From Candidatus Omnitrophota bacterium (GTDB lineage: Bacteria > Omnitrophota > Omnitrophia > Omnitrophales > Aquincolibacteriaceae), in the NCBI GenBank assembly GCA_003140935.1, contig PLLJ01000023.1, positions 24,824-88,823 of the forward strand: a stretch of DNA of 64,000 bases, given 5' to 3'. The number at the start of each line of letters is the position of its first letter. The first letter of the stretch is position 1. The notes below the pieces were generated by a model that searched no databases, was not told the DNA's origin, and worked only from the letters and a program-made list of their open reading frames with translations. The position numbers were made by a program, and so were the translations under genes. Below, in pieces: positions 10,331 through 20,021 of the stretch.

Positions 10331-10380
10331 CATTTCGTTCTCCTTGAGCTTTGTAAAATCAAAAAAAGGAGAACAATACA

Positions 10381-13300
10381 ATGAAACTCAATCTCAGTTT
10401 AGAATCACTCGGGTTAGTAGAACCGATCAGGTTAATAGAACCACTCAGGTTAGACGAAGCACGGGACCAGAAGCCTGTTTTTTGGAAACTCAGGATCTGG
10501 AAAGGTGTTTTACGGAAATCGCGGAAAATCCTTTCCGCCTCTTTGGCTTTGATCTTTCTGGGTCAGATGACCTTAATGAACACCGGATGGGCGCAATTGC
10601 CGCCTCCTACGGCGGCGGATCTGACGAATCCGCAAACACCGACCGTTTCGGTGAGTTCAACATCAACAACAAGTCCAACCACCACAACTGCAACGACCTC
10701 AACGCAACCCGTCTCGACGGATGCTTTTCTAATGAGCAGTCCGCTGAGTCCGGCAACGTCAACCACCACCTCAACTAGCACCGCCCTTGTCGGGACCCAA
10801 GCGACAGTCTTATCGGCAAGTGTGTCTACGACCGGTCGATCGTTGTATGTCTCAACAACAGGAAATAATACGGGAGATGGTTCCACCGCAAATCCCTACG
10901 CGACTATCGCGTATGGTGTTTCCCAGCTTAAGGCGGGGGACACTCTTTACATTGAAGCAGGCACCTATCAGCAGTCTGGTGCCGGCGCGGTGCTCACGAC
11001 TTCGGGAACTGCGGATGCCCATATCACGATCGAAGGTGTGGGGAATGTGGTCATCGAAGGTACGGGCACGGTCACTTATGCCGGATATACAGTAGCTTCG
11101 AATTTCAACCCGGCGTTTGACACCGGCGGTCAGTCTTACATCGACTTCAAAAATCTGACCGTTGATAATCTTCGTGCTCCGGTGAAGGTCAGCACGAACA
11201 GCTCTTACATTGATATCGATGGCGTGAACGCGGACCGCGATCACTTCGGTCTCTGGATCGACGGTGCCAATAACGTTTCCGCTCACAACATGACGATCAC
11301 CAACTGCCGCAACGGTGTCCGCACGGATTCCACGGCGGGCGTGACGCCTCACGATATTCTCTTGGAGAATATCGATTCCAGCGGAGCGAAAGACGTTTAC
11401 TCCGGGTTTGACACCGCATACCGTAACGGTGACGGTTTCATTCTCGAGTACGGCAATAACATCACCATACTCAACTGTAAATCCCATGACAACTGGGATT
11501 CTGGTTTCGACATCAAGGCGACCAATGTTTATTTAGAAGGGGTCGACTCTTATGGCAATTACCATCAAGGCGTGAAGATCTGGGGAAGCGGAATCGTGTT
11601 CAAAGATTCCATGATTCGTGACACGCGATCCTTGCCCGGCGATCCTGTTGCAAGTGAAGGTTTTGGTGTTAATAATCGCGGCGGATCCGTAACGTTTATT
11701 AATACGACCTTCGCGAATAACTATGCTGCCGATATCCGCACCGATAACCAGATTGGAATTCCTATCACGGTCCTGGAGAACTGTATTATTGCCAGGAATC
11801 TTTCCTCCGGGAAACTTTGGGAGGACACGGTCGGTACGATAACCGACAGCAACAATATCTGGTACAATGCCACAACAGGCAGTGCGGGTTTTACCCTCAG
11901 TTCAACGAGCAAGTTCATTGATCCCAAGTTCGTTGATTTGACCGGTAACGATTTTCACCTGCAGTCCGGTAGCCCGGCGATCAATGCGGGAAATATAAGC
12001 TATCCTATCGGACCAACCGATTTTGATGGCAATACCCGTGTCAACGGTGCAAGCGTGGATATCGGTGCTTATGAATTCGGCGGGACGACCACTCCGACTG
12101 AATTTGTAGGCGTGCAGAACGGGGCGACAGTCACCGGTATGGTAACGGTCGGCCCGAATCTTGCCACTCATCCCAACCTTCAAAATGTGACCTATTCCTT
12201 AAATGGTGCCAGCTCGGGGTATGTCACGGTGTCGCCTTTCTATTGGAGTGGTACCACGGGTACCGGGACGACCGGATTTGACACCACGACGCTTGCTAAC
12301 GGTGCTTATACACTGACCGCCCATTGTGTCGAAAGTACGGGCGCACATGATATGAGCCTTAGCTTTACTGTGAACAATCCCATTCTTTCTCAGGGGGGAG
12401 ACTTCACGGGCGTTACCGACGGAGCGGTGATGAGCGGGTTGATCAATGTGGGGCCGAACCTGACCGCCCATCCCAGCATCAGCAAGGTTGCCTACTACTT
12501 GAACGGAACCTCATCCGGAAAGGTGTATACCGCTCCTTTCTTTTGGGGCGGCCTGACGGGGGACGGTACCAAGGGATTTGATACGACGACGCTTGCCGAC
12601 GGGAACTACACCCTCGGCATGGTCTATACCGATAAAACGGGCGACCATAGCGTGTCAGTATCCTTTAAGATCAGTAATATTCCGACGACCGATACCACGG
12701 CGCCGGTGATCAGTGCGGTTACTTCAACGGGTGTTACATCAACAGGAGCGACGATCAACTGGACGACCAATGAAGCCAGTGATTCCCAGGTACAGTATCG
12801 TGTGCAGGGGACCACGAATTGGTTGAACACGACGTTGAACGCTGCGCTTGTGACCAGCCACTCGGTTGTGCTGAGCGGGCTGAACGCGAGTACGGTGTAT
12901 GAGTATCAGGTGAAGTCAAAGGATCAGGCGGGGAATCTTGCCACTGAGGCAACGATCTCCAACTTGACGACATTGACTCCCACCGCGACTTGCACAACGG
13001 CCATGTGTGGCGTTGCCGCAAATCAAACGGTAAGTGGGATTGTCAAGATCCAGCCGAACCTGACGCTCAATCCAGACATCCGGAAAGTGGCGTATTATCT
13101 GAATGGAACACAGTCGGATAAGGAATATACGGCGCCTTTCACGTGGGGTGGTGTAAACGGTTTTGATACGACCAAACTGGCGGATGGTACTTATACGCTA
13201 AGTGGGGCGTATACGACCTCGACGGGGGATAAGGGGTTTTCGATCGCCTTTACGGTCCAAAACACCACGCCGCCGCCCGATACCACGGCTCCAGTGATCA

Positions 13301-13872
13301 GTACGGTTACTTCGGGTAACATTAGTCCAACCGGAGCGACGATCAGCTGGACGACCAATGAAGCCAGTGATTCCCAGGTGCAGTATCGCGTGAAGGGAAC
13401 CACGACTTGGTTGAACACGACGCTGAACACCACGCTTGTGACCAGCCACTCGGTTGTGCTGAGCGGGCTGAACGCGAGTACGGTGTATGAGTATCAGGTG
13501 AAATCGAAGGACCAGGCGGGAAATCTTGCCACGCAGGCGACGGTCTCAAGCTTGACGACGGCAGCTGCTCCTCCGGCTACTTGCACTACGGCAGTTTGCG
13601 GTGTTACGGCGGGACAGGTTGTAAGCGGGACGGTCAATATCCAGCCCAACCTGACACTTGACCCTAGCGTCCGAAAGGTGGCATATTACTTGAACGGGAC
13701 CCAATCCGGGAAGGTCTATGCGGCACCTTACTTGTGGGGTGGTTCCACAGGGGATGGCACAACGGGTTTTGATACCAAGACGCTCGCCAATGGTACCTAT
13801 ACACTGGCGATGGTCTATACCGATGCGACGGGAGACCACACTGTGTCAATAACTTTCACGGTCAAGAATTAA
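10381..13872 (+). CDS. Giant secreted or surface protein: Thr/Ser-rich linker, right-handed parallel beta-helix (pectin-lyase-like), four ~95-aa Ig-like repeats and two FN3 domains
   Basis: AAAGGAG RBS 9 nt upstream. Signal-like h-region [23 protein letters not shown] lies after a 49-aa N-terminal extension. Linker [25 protein letters not shown]. Beta-helix repeats ([17 protein letters not shown]..., [20 protein letters not shown]...). Four repeats of the type VGPNL.HP...YYLNG..SG..Y.APF.WGG..G.G..GFDT..LA.G.YTL, and two repeats TAPVIS.VTS...[62 protein letters not shown]. Confidence 0.8.
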   Translation: MKLNLSLESLGLVEPIRLIEPLRLDEARDQKPVFWKLRIWKGVLRKSRKILSASLALIFLGQMTLMNTGWAQLPPPTAADLTNPQTPTVSVSSTSTTSPTTTTATTSTQPVSTDAFLMSSPLSPATSTTTSTSTALVGTQATVLSASVSTTGRSLYVSTTGNNTGDGSTANPYATIAYGVSQLKAGDTLYIEAGTYQQSGAGAVLTTSGTADAHITIEGVGNVVIEGTGTVTYAGYTVASNFNPAFDTGGQSYIDFKNLTVDNLRAPVKVSTNSSYIDIDGVNADRDHFGLWIDGANNVSAHNMTITNCRNGVRTDSTAGVTPHDILLENIDSSGAKDVYSGFDTAYRNGDGFILEYGNNITILNCKSHDNWDSGFDIKATNVYLEGVDSYGNYHQGVKIWGSGIVFKDSMIRDTRSLPGDPVASEGFGVNNRGGSVTFINTTFANNYAADIRTDNQIGIPITVLENCIIARNLSSGKLWEDTVGTITDSNNIWYNATTGSAGFTLSSTSKFIDPKFVDLTGNDFHLQSGSPAINAGNISYPIGPTDFDGNTRVNGASVDIGAYEFGGTTTPTEFVGVQNGATVTGMVTVGPNLATHPNLQNVTYSLNGASSGYVTVSPFYWSGTTGTGTTGFDTTTLANGAYTLTAHCVESTGAHDMSLSFTVNNPILSQGGDFTGVTDGAVMSGLINVGPNLTAHPSISKVAYYLNGTSSGKVYTAPFFWGGLTGDGTKGFDTTTLADGNYTLGMVYTDKTGDHSVSVSFKISNIPTTDTTAPVISAVTSTGVTSTGATINWTTNEASDSQVQYRVQGTTNWLNTTLNAALVTSHSVVLSGLNASTVYEYQVKSKDQAGNLATEATISNLTTLTPTATCTTAMCGVAANQTVSGIVKIQPNLTLNPDIRKVAYYLNGTQSDKEYTAPFTWGGVNGFDTTKLADGTYTLSGAYTTSTGDKGFSIAFTVQNTTPPPDTTAPVISTVTSGNISPTGATISWTTNEASDSQVQYRVKGTTTWLNTTLNTTLVTSHSVVLSGLNASTVYEYQVKSKDQAGNLATQATVSSLTTAAAPPATCTTAVCGVTAGQVVSGTVNIQPNLTLDPSVRKVAYYLNGTQSGKVYAAPYLWGGSTGDGTTGFDTKTLANGTYTLAMVYTDATGDHTVSITFTVKN
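10408..10450 (+). repeat. Tandem 18-bp direct repeat (about 2.3 copies) directly after the annotated start codon
   Basis: GTTAGTAGAACCGATCAG / GTTAATAGAACCACTCAG / GTTAGAC... The units are in frame and encode [15 protein letters not shown]. Confidence 0.5.
12697..13560 (+). repeat. Two near-identical ~280-bp intragenic direct repeats (FN3 units) about 580 bp apart
   Basis: 12697-12975 and 13276-13560 share long identical runs, for example cagccactcggttgtgctgagcgggctgaacgcgagtacggtgtatgagtatcaggtgaa. Estimated DNA identity is over 90%. Confidence 0.8.
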
Positions 13873-13885
13873 ACAAGTTTGAAAT

Positions 13886-13918
13886 CACTGCCCCTTCCCA
13901 CGGGGCGAAGGGGCGGTG
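13886..13918 (+). terminator. GC-rich hairpin immediately after the giant gene; terminator-like but lacks a clean U-tract
   Basis: CACTGCCCCTT-cccacggggcg-AAGGGGCGGTG gives an 11-bp stem with one mismatch. Confidence 0.3.
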
Positions 13919-14197
13919 ATTGCATCGCCATTCGCTTTGGGGGGAAGGGGCAAGCAGGTTCGATAACTCGGCCCGCATGCATAACGTACCTTCTCCCACC
14001 TTTTTTGTCTGTCAGGGGAAAACTCGAACTGTTTTTATCGGGTTTTCCCCTACATTTTTCAAGATATTTCCTTATGGCAGGGACCGATTTTTAAGGTATG
14101 ATTACAGGAGCATAAGGTTTTTTCCCTACGCAAATGTAAGGTTAGGTCACATAAGTTTTGCGACGGCTCGGTAGACACCGGGCAGGAAGGTGATGCG

Positions 14198-14959
14198 ATG
14201 AAAAAGACCGTGGATGCCGAGAAAAAAGAAAAAAATGAAACTCAACCGGAACCTTTCAGTGTTGTTACTAAAAGGGGGGCACCGCCTTTTCCGGTGCGAG
14301 GGCCTTTTAGTCCGACCAAACGCGCCAGGATCATGATCCTGGACGATCATCCGATCCTTCGTCGCGGAATTGCTGACTACATCAACGCGGAATCCAATAT
14401 GATGATCTGCGGGGAAGCCGAGGATGCTCACCAGGCCTTAGAGATCATGCCGACGGCAAAACCCGATCTTGTGATCGTCGACATATCCCTTAACGGCTCA
14501 AGCGGGATCGAGTTTCTGAAGACCTTTCGACTCGAGTATCCCGATATTCCGACTTTAGTGCTGTCGATGCATGATGAATTGCTTTATGCCGAACGGGTCC
14601 TCCGGGAAGGCGCCCGGGGGTATGTCATGAAGCAAGAAGCGGTCGAGAAGATCCTGACCGCGATCCGAAAGATCCTGGAAGGCCAGATCTACCTGAGCGA
14701 TCGCATGATGGAACGTATCCTTGAGAAAAAATACATGGGTCAGCAGGGGAACCTGTCTCCGATGGAGTCTTTGAGCGATCGCGAGTTGGAAGTTTTCAGG
14801 CTCATCGGAGAGGGTATCACCACAACGGACATCGCGCATCAGCTTCACCGGAGCGTGAAAACGATCGAAACCTACCGCGCGCGTATCAAGGTTAAATTTA
14901 ACCTGAAAAATAACATGGAATTGATACGCTTTGCCATGCATTGGGCCCAGAATAAATAA
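14198..14959 (+). CDS. NarL/FixJ-family response regulator (REC + LuxR-type HTH)
   Basis: AGGAAGG RBS before the ATG at 14198. An alternative start at 14333 (MILDDHPI) would remove an unusual 45-aa N-terminal extension. C-terminal LSDRELEVFRLIGEGITTTDIAHQLHRSVKTIETYRARIKVKFNL is a LuxR HTH. Confidence 0.85.
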   Translation: MKKTVDAEKKEKNETQPEPFSVVTKRGAPPFPVRGPFSPTKRARIMILDDHPILRRGIADYINAESNMMICGEAEDAHQALEIMPTAKPDLVIVDISLNGSSGIEFLKTFRLEYPDIPTLVLSMHDELLYAERVLREGARGYVMKQEAVEKILTAIRKILEGQIYLSDRMMERILEKKYMGQQGNLSPMESLSDRELEVFRLIGEGITTTDIAHQLHRSVKTIETYRARIKVKFNLKNNMELIRFAMHWAQNK

Positions 14960-15059
14960 GCCGCTTGAACGGTTCCACCGGCCGGTCCGGCTTTAAGAGA
15001 AGCAATACCCCGTGAGACTTTTTTTGCAGCAGCGAATTCCGGACAGCGGGCCACCGTCG

Positions 15060-16523
15060 CTAAGAAAAGGGATCTCTCTTCGGATTGAAGTCCACGTGAT
15101 GCGCGGCATTGATGTCCGGATGAGGGTGAGGTAGTTTCAAGGGGCAACGGATCGTGATCCTGGTGCCCCGGTTTTTGCGTGTTTCGATCGAAATAGTCCC
15201 GTGAATAATGGCCGCGCGATAGTACATGCTCCGGAAACCGATCCCGCGCTGGATGCCCTCATTCCCCGGAGAAAACCCATTCCCGTTGTCGGCGATGAAC
15301 AAAAAAGCCGACTCATGCCGTTTCCCGTATTCAATGCGGATATCCTTGGCGCTCCCGTGGCGGACCGCATTATGGAGCGCCTCCTGGGCAATACGGTAAA
15401 GATGAGCTTCGACATCAGGATCTTTCAAAATATTTTCCTCGTGGCAAACGAAATCACATTGGATCCGGAAAGTCGATGAGAAGGTCTGGGTGAGGTTCCG
15501 CAAGGCCGAGGCCAAGCCGCAATGTTGAAGATCGACCGGATAAAAACTGTGGGCCATCTGCCGGGTCTCTTCAAGGGTTTTCTTGATCTCCGCCGTTAAA
15601 TTCCGGAGTTCCTCGACTTCCACGGACTTTTTTTCGGAGATTTTTTTTTCGATGAGCTGGGACATGAAGCCAAGAGCGACAAGCCGTTGGGTAATGCCGT
15701 CATGAAGATCTTGGCCCATTCGTTTTCTTTCGTCCTCTTGAATATCGAGAAGTTCGTGCTGGGCCTGCAATTTTTCCTGAGCCTCTTGTGCGATCCTTTT
15801 TTGCAGTTCCAAAAGATGGTCGGTCATCCTCGTCAGGGTCTTGGAAAGGTCCCCGATCTCGTCCTCCCGCGAAGAATCCAGACGGTGGTTCAGATCACCC
15901 GACGATATTTTTTCGGCCTCGATCTGGAGTGCCTTCAAGGGAAGGAAGAATTGGTAATGGGACCAAAGGATCGCTACGGCGGTAAATCCCAGTACCGAAA
16001 ACAGAAAAAAAGCGGTCACTCCAAGAGAAATACGGAGTTGCGATCGGGCAGTGTCCTCGTTATCTCCAGCCAGTTGATCGGCCAGGTAGCGTATGCTGGT
16101 CGCCCCGAGTTTTATCTTTTCTCTCATGGCGAAGAAAGAGGAGGACGCGAGATTCGTCTGGAGAATTGGGTCGGCGGATTGTTTTAAATAAAGCGCGGCT
16201 TGGTGAAGGTCCTCTTGCATGGACCGAAGGGATTTTTTTTCTTGCTCGGTTCTGACCAAGGAAAGAGATTTTGCGATCAAGCTTTCCGCTTCACTGTAAG
16301 CGGATTTCCACTGAGACAGCAACCGTGGCCCTGGCGGCAGGGAACTGGGGTCTGTGGCGAGCGCATAAAGCTGAGAAGCACGATCGCTGACTTGCTGTTC
16401 ATACCGGGCCATTTCAAACGAACGACGCAAAGCGAAAAGCTGGATGCTGATGAAAAGGGTGAAGATGCATCCTACCAGGGCTGCCAGCAGGGTCGAAAAC
16501 AGAACCGTTTTGGATAGTCTCAT
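15060..16523 (-). CDS. Sensor histidine kinase, HisKA_3 (NarX/DegS-like) + HATPase, N-terminal TM and HAMP-like region
   Basis: ELLDIQEDERKRMGQDLHDGITQRLVALGFMSQL is the HisKA_3 H-box. The C-terminus carries G-box motifs (DNGNGF...GIGFRSM). Two TM segments. Convergent with the NarL-type response regulator. Confidence 0.85.
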   Translation of the reverse strand: MRLSKTVLFSTLLAALVGCIFTLFISIQLFALRRSFEMARYEQQVSDRASQLYALATDPSSLPPGPRLLSQWKSAYSEAESLIAKSLSLVRTEQEKKSLRSMQEDLHQAALYLKQSADPILQTNLASSSFFAMREKIKLGATSIRYLADQLAGDNEDTARSQLRISLGVTAFFLFSVLGFTAVAILWSHYQFFLPLKALQIEAEKISSGDLNHRLDSSREDEIGDLSKTLTRMTDHLLELQKRIAQEAQEKLQAQHELLDIQEDERKRMGQDLHDGITQRLVALGFMSQLIEKKISEKKSVEVEELRNLTAEIKKTLEETRQMAHSFYPVDLQHCGLASALRNLTQTFSSTFRIQCDFVCHEENILKDPDVEAHLYRIAQEALHNAVRHGSAKDIRIEYGKRHESAFLFIADNGNGFSPGNEGIQRGIGFRSMYYRAAIIHGTISIETRKNRGTRITIRCPLKLPHPHPDINAAHHVDFNPKRDPFS

Positions 16524-16596
16524 GAACGTGGGGTGAAGAAAGCGATGTTTTCTGTGGCGAACAACCTCATGGTGAATCTCCTCGGGCCGGCGGGAA

Positions 16597-16992
16597 TTAT
16601 GCCGGAACTCCCTTTAAGGTCTCTTGGATGATCCTGAGGATATCCGTCAGGCTGAAAGGTTTTTTGACCAGTCTTTTTATTCCGCTGAACTCATTCAACA
16701 ACCAGTTTTCATCATGAAAAAAACCGCTCATGGCGATGATGGGAACATCGGCGCATCCCGGCAAGCTACGGATCTCGCGGGCGATCTCAATGCCGGTTTT
16801 TCCAGGCATCTTGATATCAAGCAAAATAAGCTTCGGTTTCAGTCCGGAGGCTAGATCCACGACTTCGGTCGGGTCACTGACGGTGATCATGTTGTAACCG
16901 CTCAGCGCCAGGGCCTCGCTGAGTTCTCCCAGGAAGATTTCGTCGTCATCCACCACCATGATCGTATTATCCGCATCCTTCATATTCTTCAT
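16597..16992 (-). CDS. Stand-alone REC-domain response regulator (CheY-like), paralog family 1
   Basis: IMVVDDDEIFL...LILLDIKMPGKTG...IIAMSGFF...KKPF. Lies upstream of, and is co-oriented with, the HisKA_3 kinase. Confidence 0.85.
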   Translation of the reverse strand: MKNMKDADNTIMVVDDDEIFLGELSEALALSGYNMITVSDPTEVVDLASGLKPKLILLDIKMPGKTGIEIAREIRSLPGCADVPIIAMSGFFHDENWLLNEFSGIKRLVKKPFSLTDILRIIQETLKGVPA

Positions 16993-17081
16993 TTTTTTCT
17001 CCCGTTGTTTTATTCAATATAAATAAAATTGACAGGCTTAAGTATGCTTTTAAATTGTGTCAAAAGACAGATGCAACTTCG

Positions 17082-17105
17082 TCTTTTCCCTGACTATTTT
17101 CCACC
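17082..17105 (-). promoter_or_regulatory. Recurring 26-bp motif, minus-strand copy, about 90 nt upstream of REC 16597-16992
   Basis: Reverse complement reads GGTGGAAAATAGTCAGGGAAAAGA and matches the consensus GGAAAAAAGTCRGAAAAAWGAGGA. Confidence 0.4.
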
Positions 17106-17195
17106 CAGAATCCCGATGTTCCCCGGCGCTTTTGACTACAGATCGTCCCGCATTCGCGATGCCTCTTCTCATATCGTGGAGCTTCTTGGAAAAGC

Positions 17196-17222
17196 GGGGA
17201 AAAGTCAGAAAAAAGAGGAATG
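17196..17222 (+). promoter_or_regulatory. Recurring 26-bp motif, copy 1, about 70 nt upstream of the small Cys-rich ORF at 17290
   Basis: GGGGAAAAGTCAGAAAAAAGAGGAATG. Confidence 0.45.
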
Positions 17223-17289
17223 CCCCGATAGCGCGCAATATTTTCATTGATTAAACTATCGTAGGTCTAGAAAGGTGGGAGAATCGGAT

Positions 17290-17472
17290 ATGGCAAAATT
17301 AGTAAGACGAGTCAACCAAAAGCGCGGTTATCAATGCTCTATTTGCGGAGAGAAGAAGGATAGCTTTTATGTATGTTGTGGTCATCCCATGATAGACCTT
17401 AAGACAAACTGGGATCTTCTGGATTGGGATATCCTGGATTGGAAAAAAAAGGCGTCACTTAAGAAGGGCTGA
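17290..17472 (+). CDS. Small basic Cys-rich protein (60 aa) with C-x2-C-x8-CCG motif; hypothetical
   Basis: GGTGGGA RBS 8 nt upstream. MAKLVRRVNQKRGYQCSICGEKKDSFYVCCGHPM... Paralogous to the 48-aa ORF at 31884. Confidence 0.4.
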   Translation: MAKLVRRVNQKRGYQCSICGEKKDSFYVCCGHPMIDLKTNWDLLDWDILDWKKKASLKKG

Positions 17473-17596
17473 TCCCGACAAATTCCGCGGGGCGTTGCGT
17501 CAAGCGAAGGGGATTCCCTTAAAAAAAAGAGGGCAGTATGAGGCTACAGGATGCGGCCAACGCTTTTGAAACTTGGGTGAGAAAAGAAGGTGAAAA

Positions 17597-17947
17597 GTGA
17601 TAGCCGAATTCTCAGTTTTCCAGATGAATGAATGCACGCCGATCAGCCGCACGATAACGGACGCCGCGAAGCTCGCTGAAGCTTCCGGACTGCCGTACCG
17701 TTTGACGCCGTCGACGATCTCCGTCAAAGGGGAATGGGACGAATTGTTCCTTTTGATCCGGAAGTGCCACGAGCGCGTCCGAGCACTAACGCCTCATGTG
17801 ATGACAACGATCTCGATTGAAGATGAGGACGGTCTCATGGACAAGATCGAAGATGGCAGCCGTGCCATTGAGGAGAAAATTACGAATCCTGCGACAGGGT
17901 GGAAGCCCAAAATACGCAATATAAAACCATCCAAAAACCAGATCTAA
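17597..17947 (+). CDS. MTH1187/YkoF-family (DUF77/UPF0045) small protein
   Basis: GTG start with AAGAAGG RBS. VIAEFSVFQM...GLPYRLTPSTISVKGEWDELFLLIRKCHE matches the MTH1187/YkoF fold signature. Confidence 0.7.
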   Translation: MIAEFSVFQMNECTPISRTITDAAKLAEASGLPYRLTPSTISVKGEWDELFLLIRKCHERVRALTPHVMTTISIEDEDGLMDKIEDGSRAIEEKITNPATGWKPKIRNIKPSKNQI

Positions 17948-18028
17948 GAATAGCAAAAACGTATTCACGCAGGTTATGGCCATAGAAAGAAAGCAGATCG
18001 CTTTAGGCATTTGCCGGGATTAAAAAAT

Positions 18029-19327
18029 ATGAAAATAGGGATCATCGGTTCAGGATATGTCGGGCTTGTGACGGGGGCCTGTTTGGCACATTTGGGGCAT
18101 AAGGTCATTTGCGTGGATCAGGATAAGGCCAAGATCCGGACTCTCAAGAATGGAAAAGTGCCCTTTTACGAACCGGGTCTTCTGGAAATGGTACTCGAAA
18201 ATGTATCTGCCAAAAGGCTCTCATTTACCACCGAGATATCCAAAGCCGTGAACCACTACGAAGTGCTTTTTGTATGCGTCAACACGCCGCCCAAGCCTCA
18301 GGGGGACTGTGACCTGAGTTTTGTGGGAAAGGTCACGAAACAGATCGCGACGCATCTACGAAGCTATTGTCTGGTTGTTGATAAAAGCACCGTTCCGGTC
18401 GAGACCGGAGCGTGGGTGCGTCAAACGATCCTCCGCCATGTCAAGAAAGGCGTCTCTTTCGATGTGGCTTCGAACCCCGAATTCTTAAGGGAGGGGTCTG
18501 CGATCCATGATTTCCTGCATCCGGACCGCATCGTGATCGGTGTTTCAAGCACACGCGCGGAAAAAATATTCAGGACACTTTACGACCCGCTCAAGGCCCC
18601 TATGATCGTCACAGACATCGAAAGCGCGGAACTGATCAAGCACGCGGCGAATTCTTTTTTGGCGACCAAGATCTCGTTCGCGAACGCGGTTTCCAGGATC
18701 TGTGATGCCGTGGGCGCGGATATCGAAAAGGTCACCCTGGGCATGGGACTTGATCCCCGCATCGGCAAACAGTTCCTGAACGCGGGGATCGGTTTCGGCG
18801 GGTCGTGTTTTCCCAAGGACGTGAGAGGCTTCCTGCATATCTCCGAAAAGTTGGGTGTGCGCTTTGATCTTCTTGCGGACGTTCTTCGGATCAATGACGA
18901 GCAGGCAAAATACTTTGTGGAGAAGATCAAAAGCTCCATGAAGATCCTTCGCGGCAAAACGATCGGAGTGTTGGGGCTGGCCTTCAAATCGGATACGGAT
19001 GATATGCGTTCGGCGCCCTCCATCCCCATCATTCAGATGCTTCAAAAAGAGGGGGTCTCTCTCCAGGCGTACGACCCTCAAGCTATGGACAAATCCCGGA
19101 AGATCTTTAACGGGGTGGAATTTGCAGAGGATCCCTTCGGGGCGGTCAAGGGAGCCCACGCGGTCGCCGTGCTTACGGAGTGGAGAGAATTCCTGAATCT
19201 CGATTGGGCGCGCGTCAAAAGGTCCATGAAAGACCGCTTCTTTTTCGATGGACGCAATCTATTCCAGCCGGCGGAGATGGTGAAGCTCGGATTTAAGTAT
19301 TTCAGCGTCGGCCGGCCCTCAGTCTGA
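18029..19327 (+). CDS. ugd: UDP-glucose 6-dehydrogenase (nucleotide-sugar dehydrogenase)
   Basis: MKIGIIGSGYVGLVTGACLA...GGSCFPKDV... is colinear with Ugd/UDPGDH. Confidence 0.85.
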   Translation: MKIGIIGSGYVGLVTGACLAHLGHKVICVDQDKAKIRTLKNGKVPFYEPGLLEMVLENVSAKRLSFTTEISKAVNHYEVLFVCVNTPPKPQGDCDLSFVGKVTKQIATHLRSYCLVVDKSTVPVETGAWVRQTILRHVKKGVSFDVASNPEFLREGSAIHDFLHPDRIVIGVSSTRAEKIFRTLYDPLKAPMIVTDIESAELIKHAANSFLATKISFANAVSRICDAVGADIEKVTLGMGLDPRIGKQFLNAGIGFGGSCFPKDVRGFLHISEKLGVRFDLLADVLRINDEQAKYFVEKIKSSMKILRGKTIGVLGLAFKSDTDDMRSAPSIPIIQMLQKEGVSLQAYDPQAMDKSRKIFNGVEFAEDPFGAVKGAHAVAVLTEWREFLNLDWARVKRSMKDRFFFDGRNLFQPAEMVKLGFKYFSVGRPSV

Positions 19328-19368
19328 GGGAAGACCTGCCTTCGCAGAGATCGCGGCGGTCCTGTTTT

Positions 19369-19770
19369 TTATTTGCGTGCTTCAGGCACAGAGAGCGGGC
19401 GTATTTTTTTCTGATTAAAAGCAAGGACCTTTAAGACCATATAAAAACCGAGAATGCCGACAGTATCAATGAAAATGTCCCGAATGGACCCGCTTCTTCC
19501 CTGGACGAACGACTGATGAAATTCATCCGATGCGGCATAGAAAAAAGAGAAAACGGCAGGATAGACAAAAAGATGAAAAACGTTCGTCACAAACGAACCT
19601 TTAAAGGCCCTGTACAGGAGGAAAGTAAGAATGAAATATTCGAAGACGTGAGCTATTTTCCTTAAGATCAGATCGCATTCAAGATTTGTTTTCAGGTTCG
19701 GAATACTTGAAAGCCAAAAAATGAAGCCCGCCCAAATTAAAACCAGAAACCATAGTTTAAAAATTTTCAC
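19369..19770 (-). CDS. VanZ-like membrane protein
   Basis: Four TM segments. LILRKIAHVFEYFILTFLLYRAF and DEFHQSFVQGRSGSIRD... motifs typical of the VanZ family. Confidence 0.65.
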   Translation of the reverse strand: MKIFKLWFLVLIWAGFIFWLSSIPNLKTNLECDLILRKIAHVFEYFILTFLLYRAFKGSFVTNVFHLFVYPAVFSFFYAASDEFHQSFVQGRSGSIRDIFIDTVGILGFYMVLKVLAFNQKKIRPLSVPEARK

Positions 19771-19890
19771 TCTGTCGATCCTTTCATTCTAATGAAACGG
19801 CATTGTACTCTGGGTGCCCCGTCGACTCAATAGGGTAGGTTGTCATGATAGGTGCTGACTCCAGGGCGATCTGACGCTGAAAAAATAAAA

Positions 19891-19918
19891 GGAGAAAAAA
19901 GTCGGAACAAAGTGGATG
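19891..19918 (+). promoter_or_regulatory. Recurring 26-bp motif, copy 2, about 105 nt upstream of hsp20
   Basis: GGAGAAAAAAGTCGGAACAAAGTGGATG. Confidence 0.4.
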
Positions 19919-20021
19919 TTGACCATTCATCACTTCCCGGCAATTCCATTAGAATGATCCCGCGATAAAAAAGGCCGTATTGGAAGAAGATTTCACTCAA
20001 TCAGGTGAAGGAGAAAACAAA

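Noticed and set aside
10344-10778. 144-aa + ORF overlapping the start of the giant gene in another frame
   Set aside because: Low-complexity translation. It is fully inside the far better supported 10381 frame.
12697-13560. Considered whether the regular repeats could be a CRISPR array
   Set aside because: Repeat units are about 280 bp, lie in frame inside a protein gene (FN3 domains), and have no short spacer/repeat periodicity and no cas genes.
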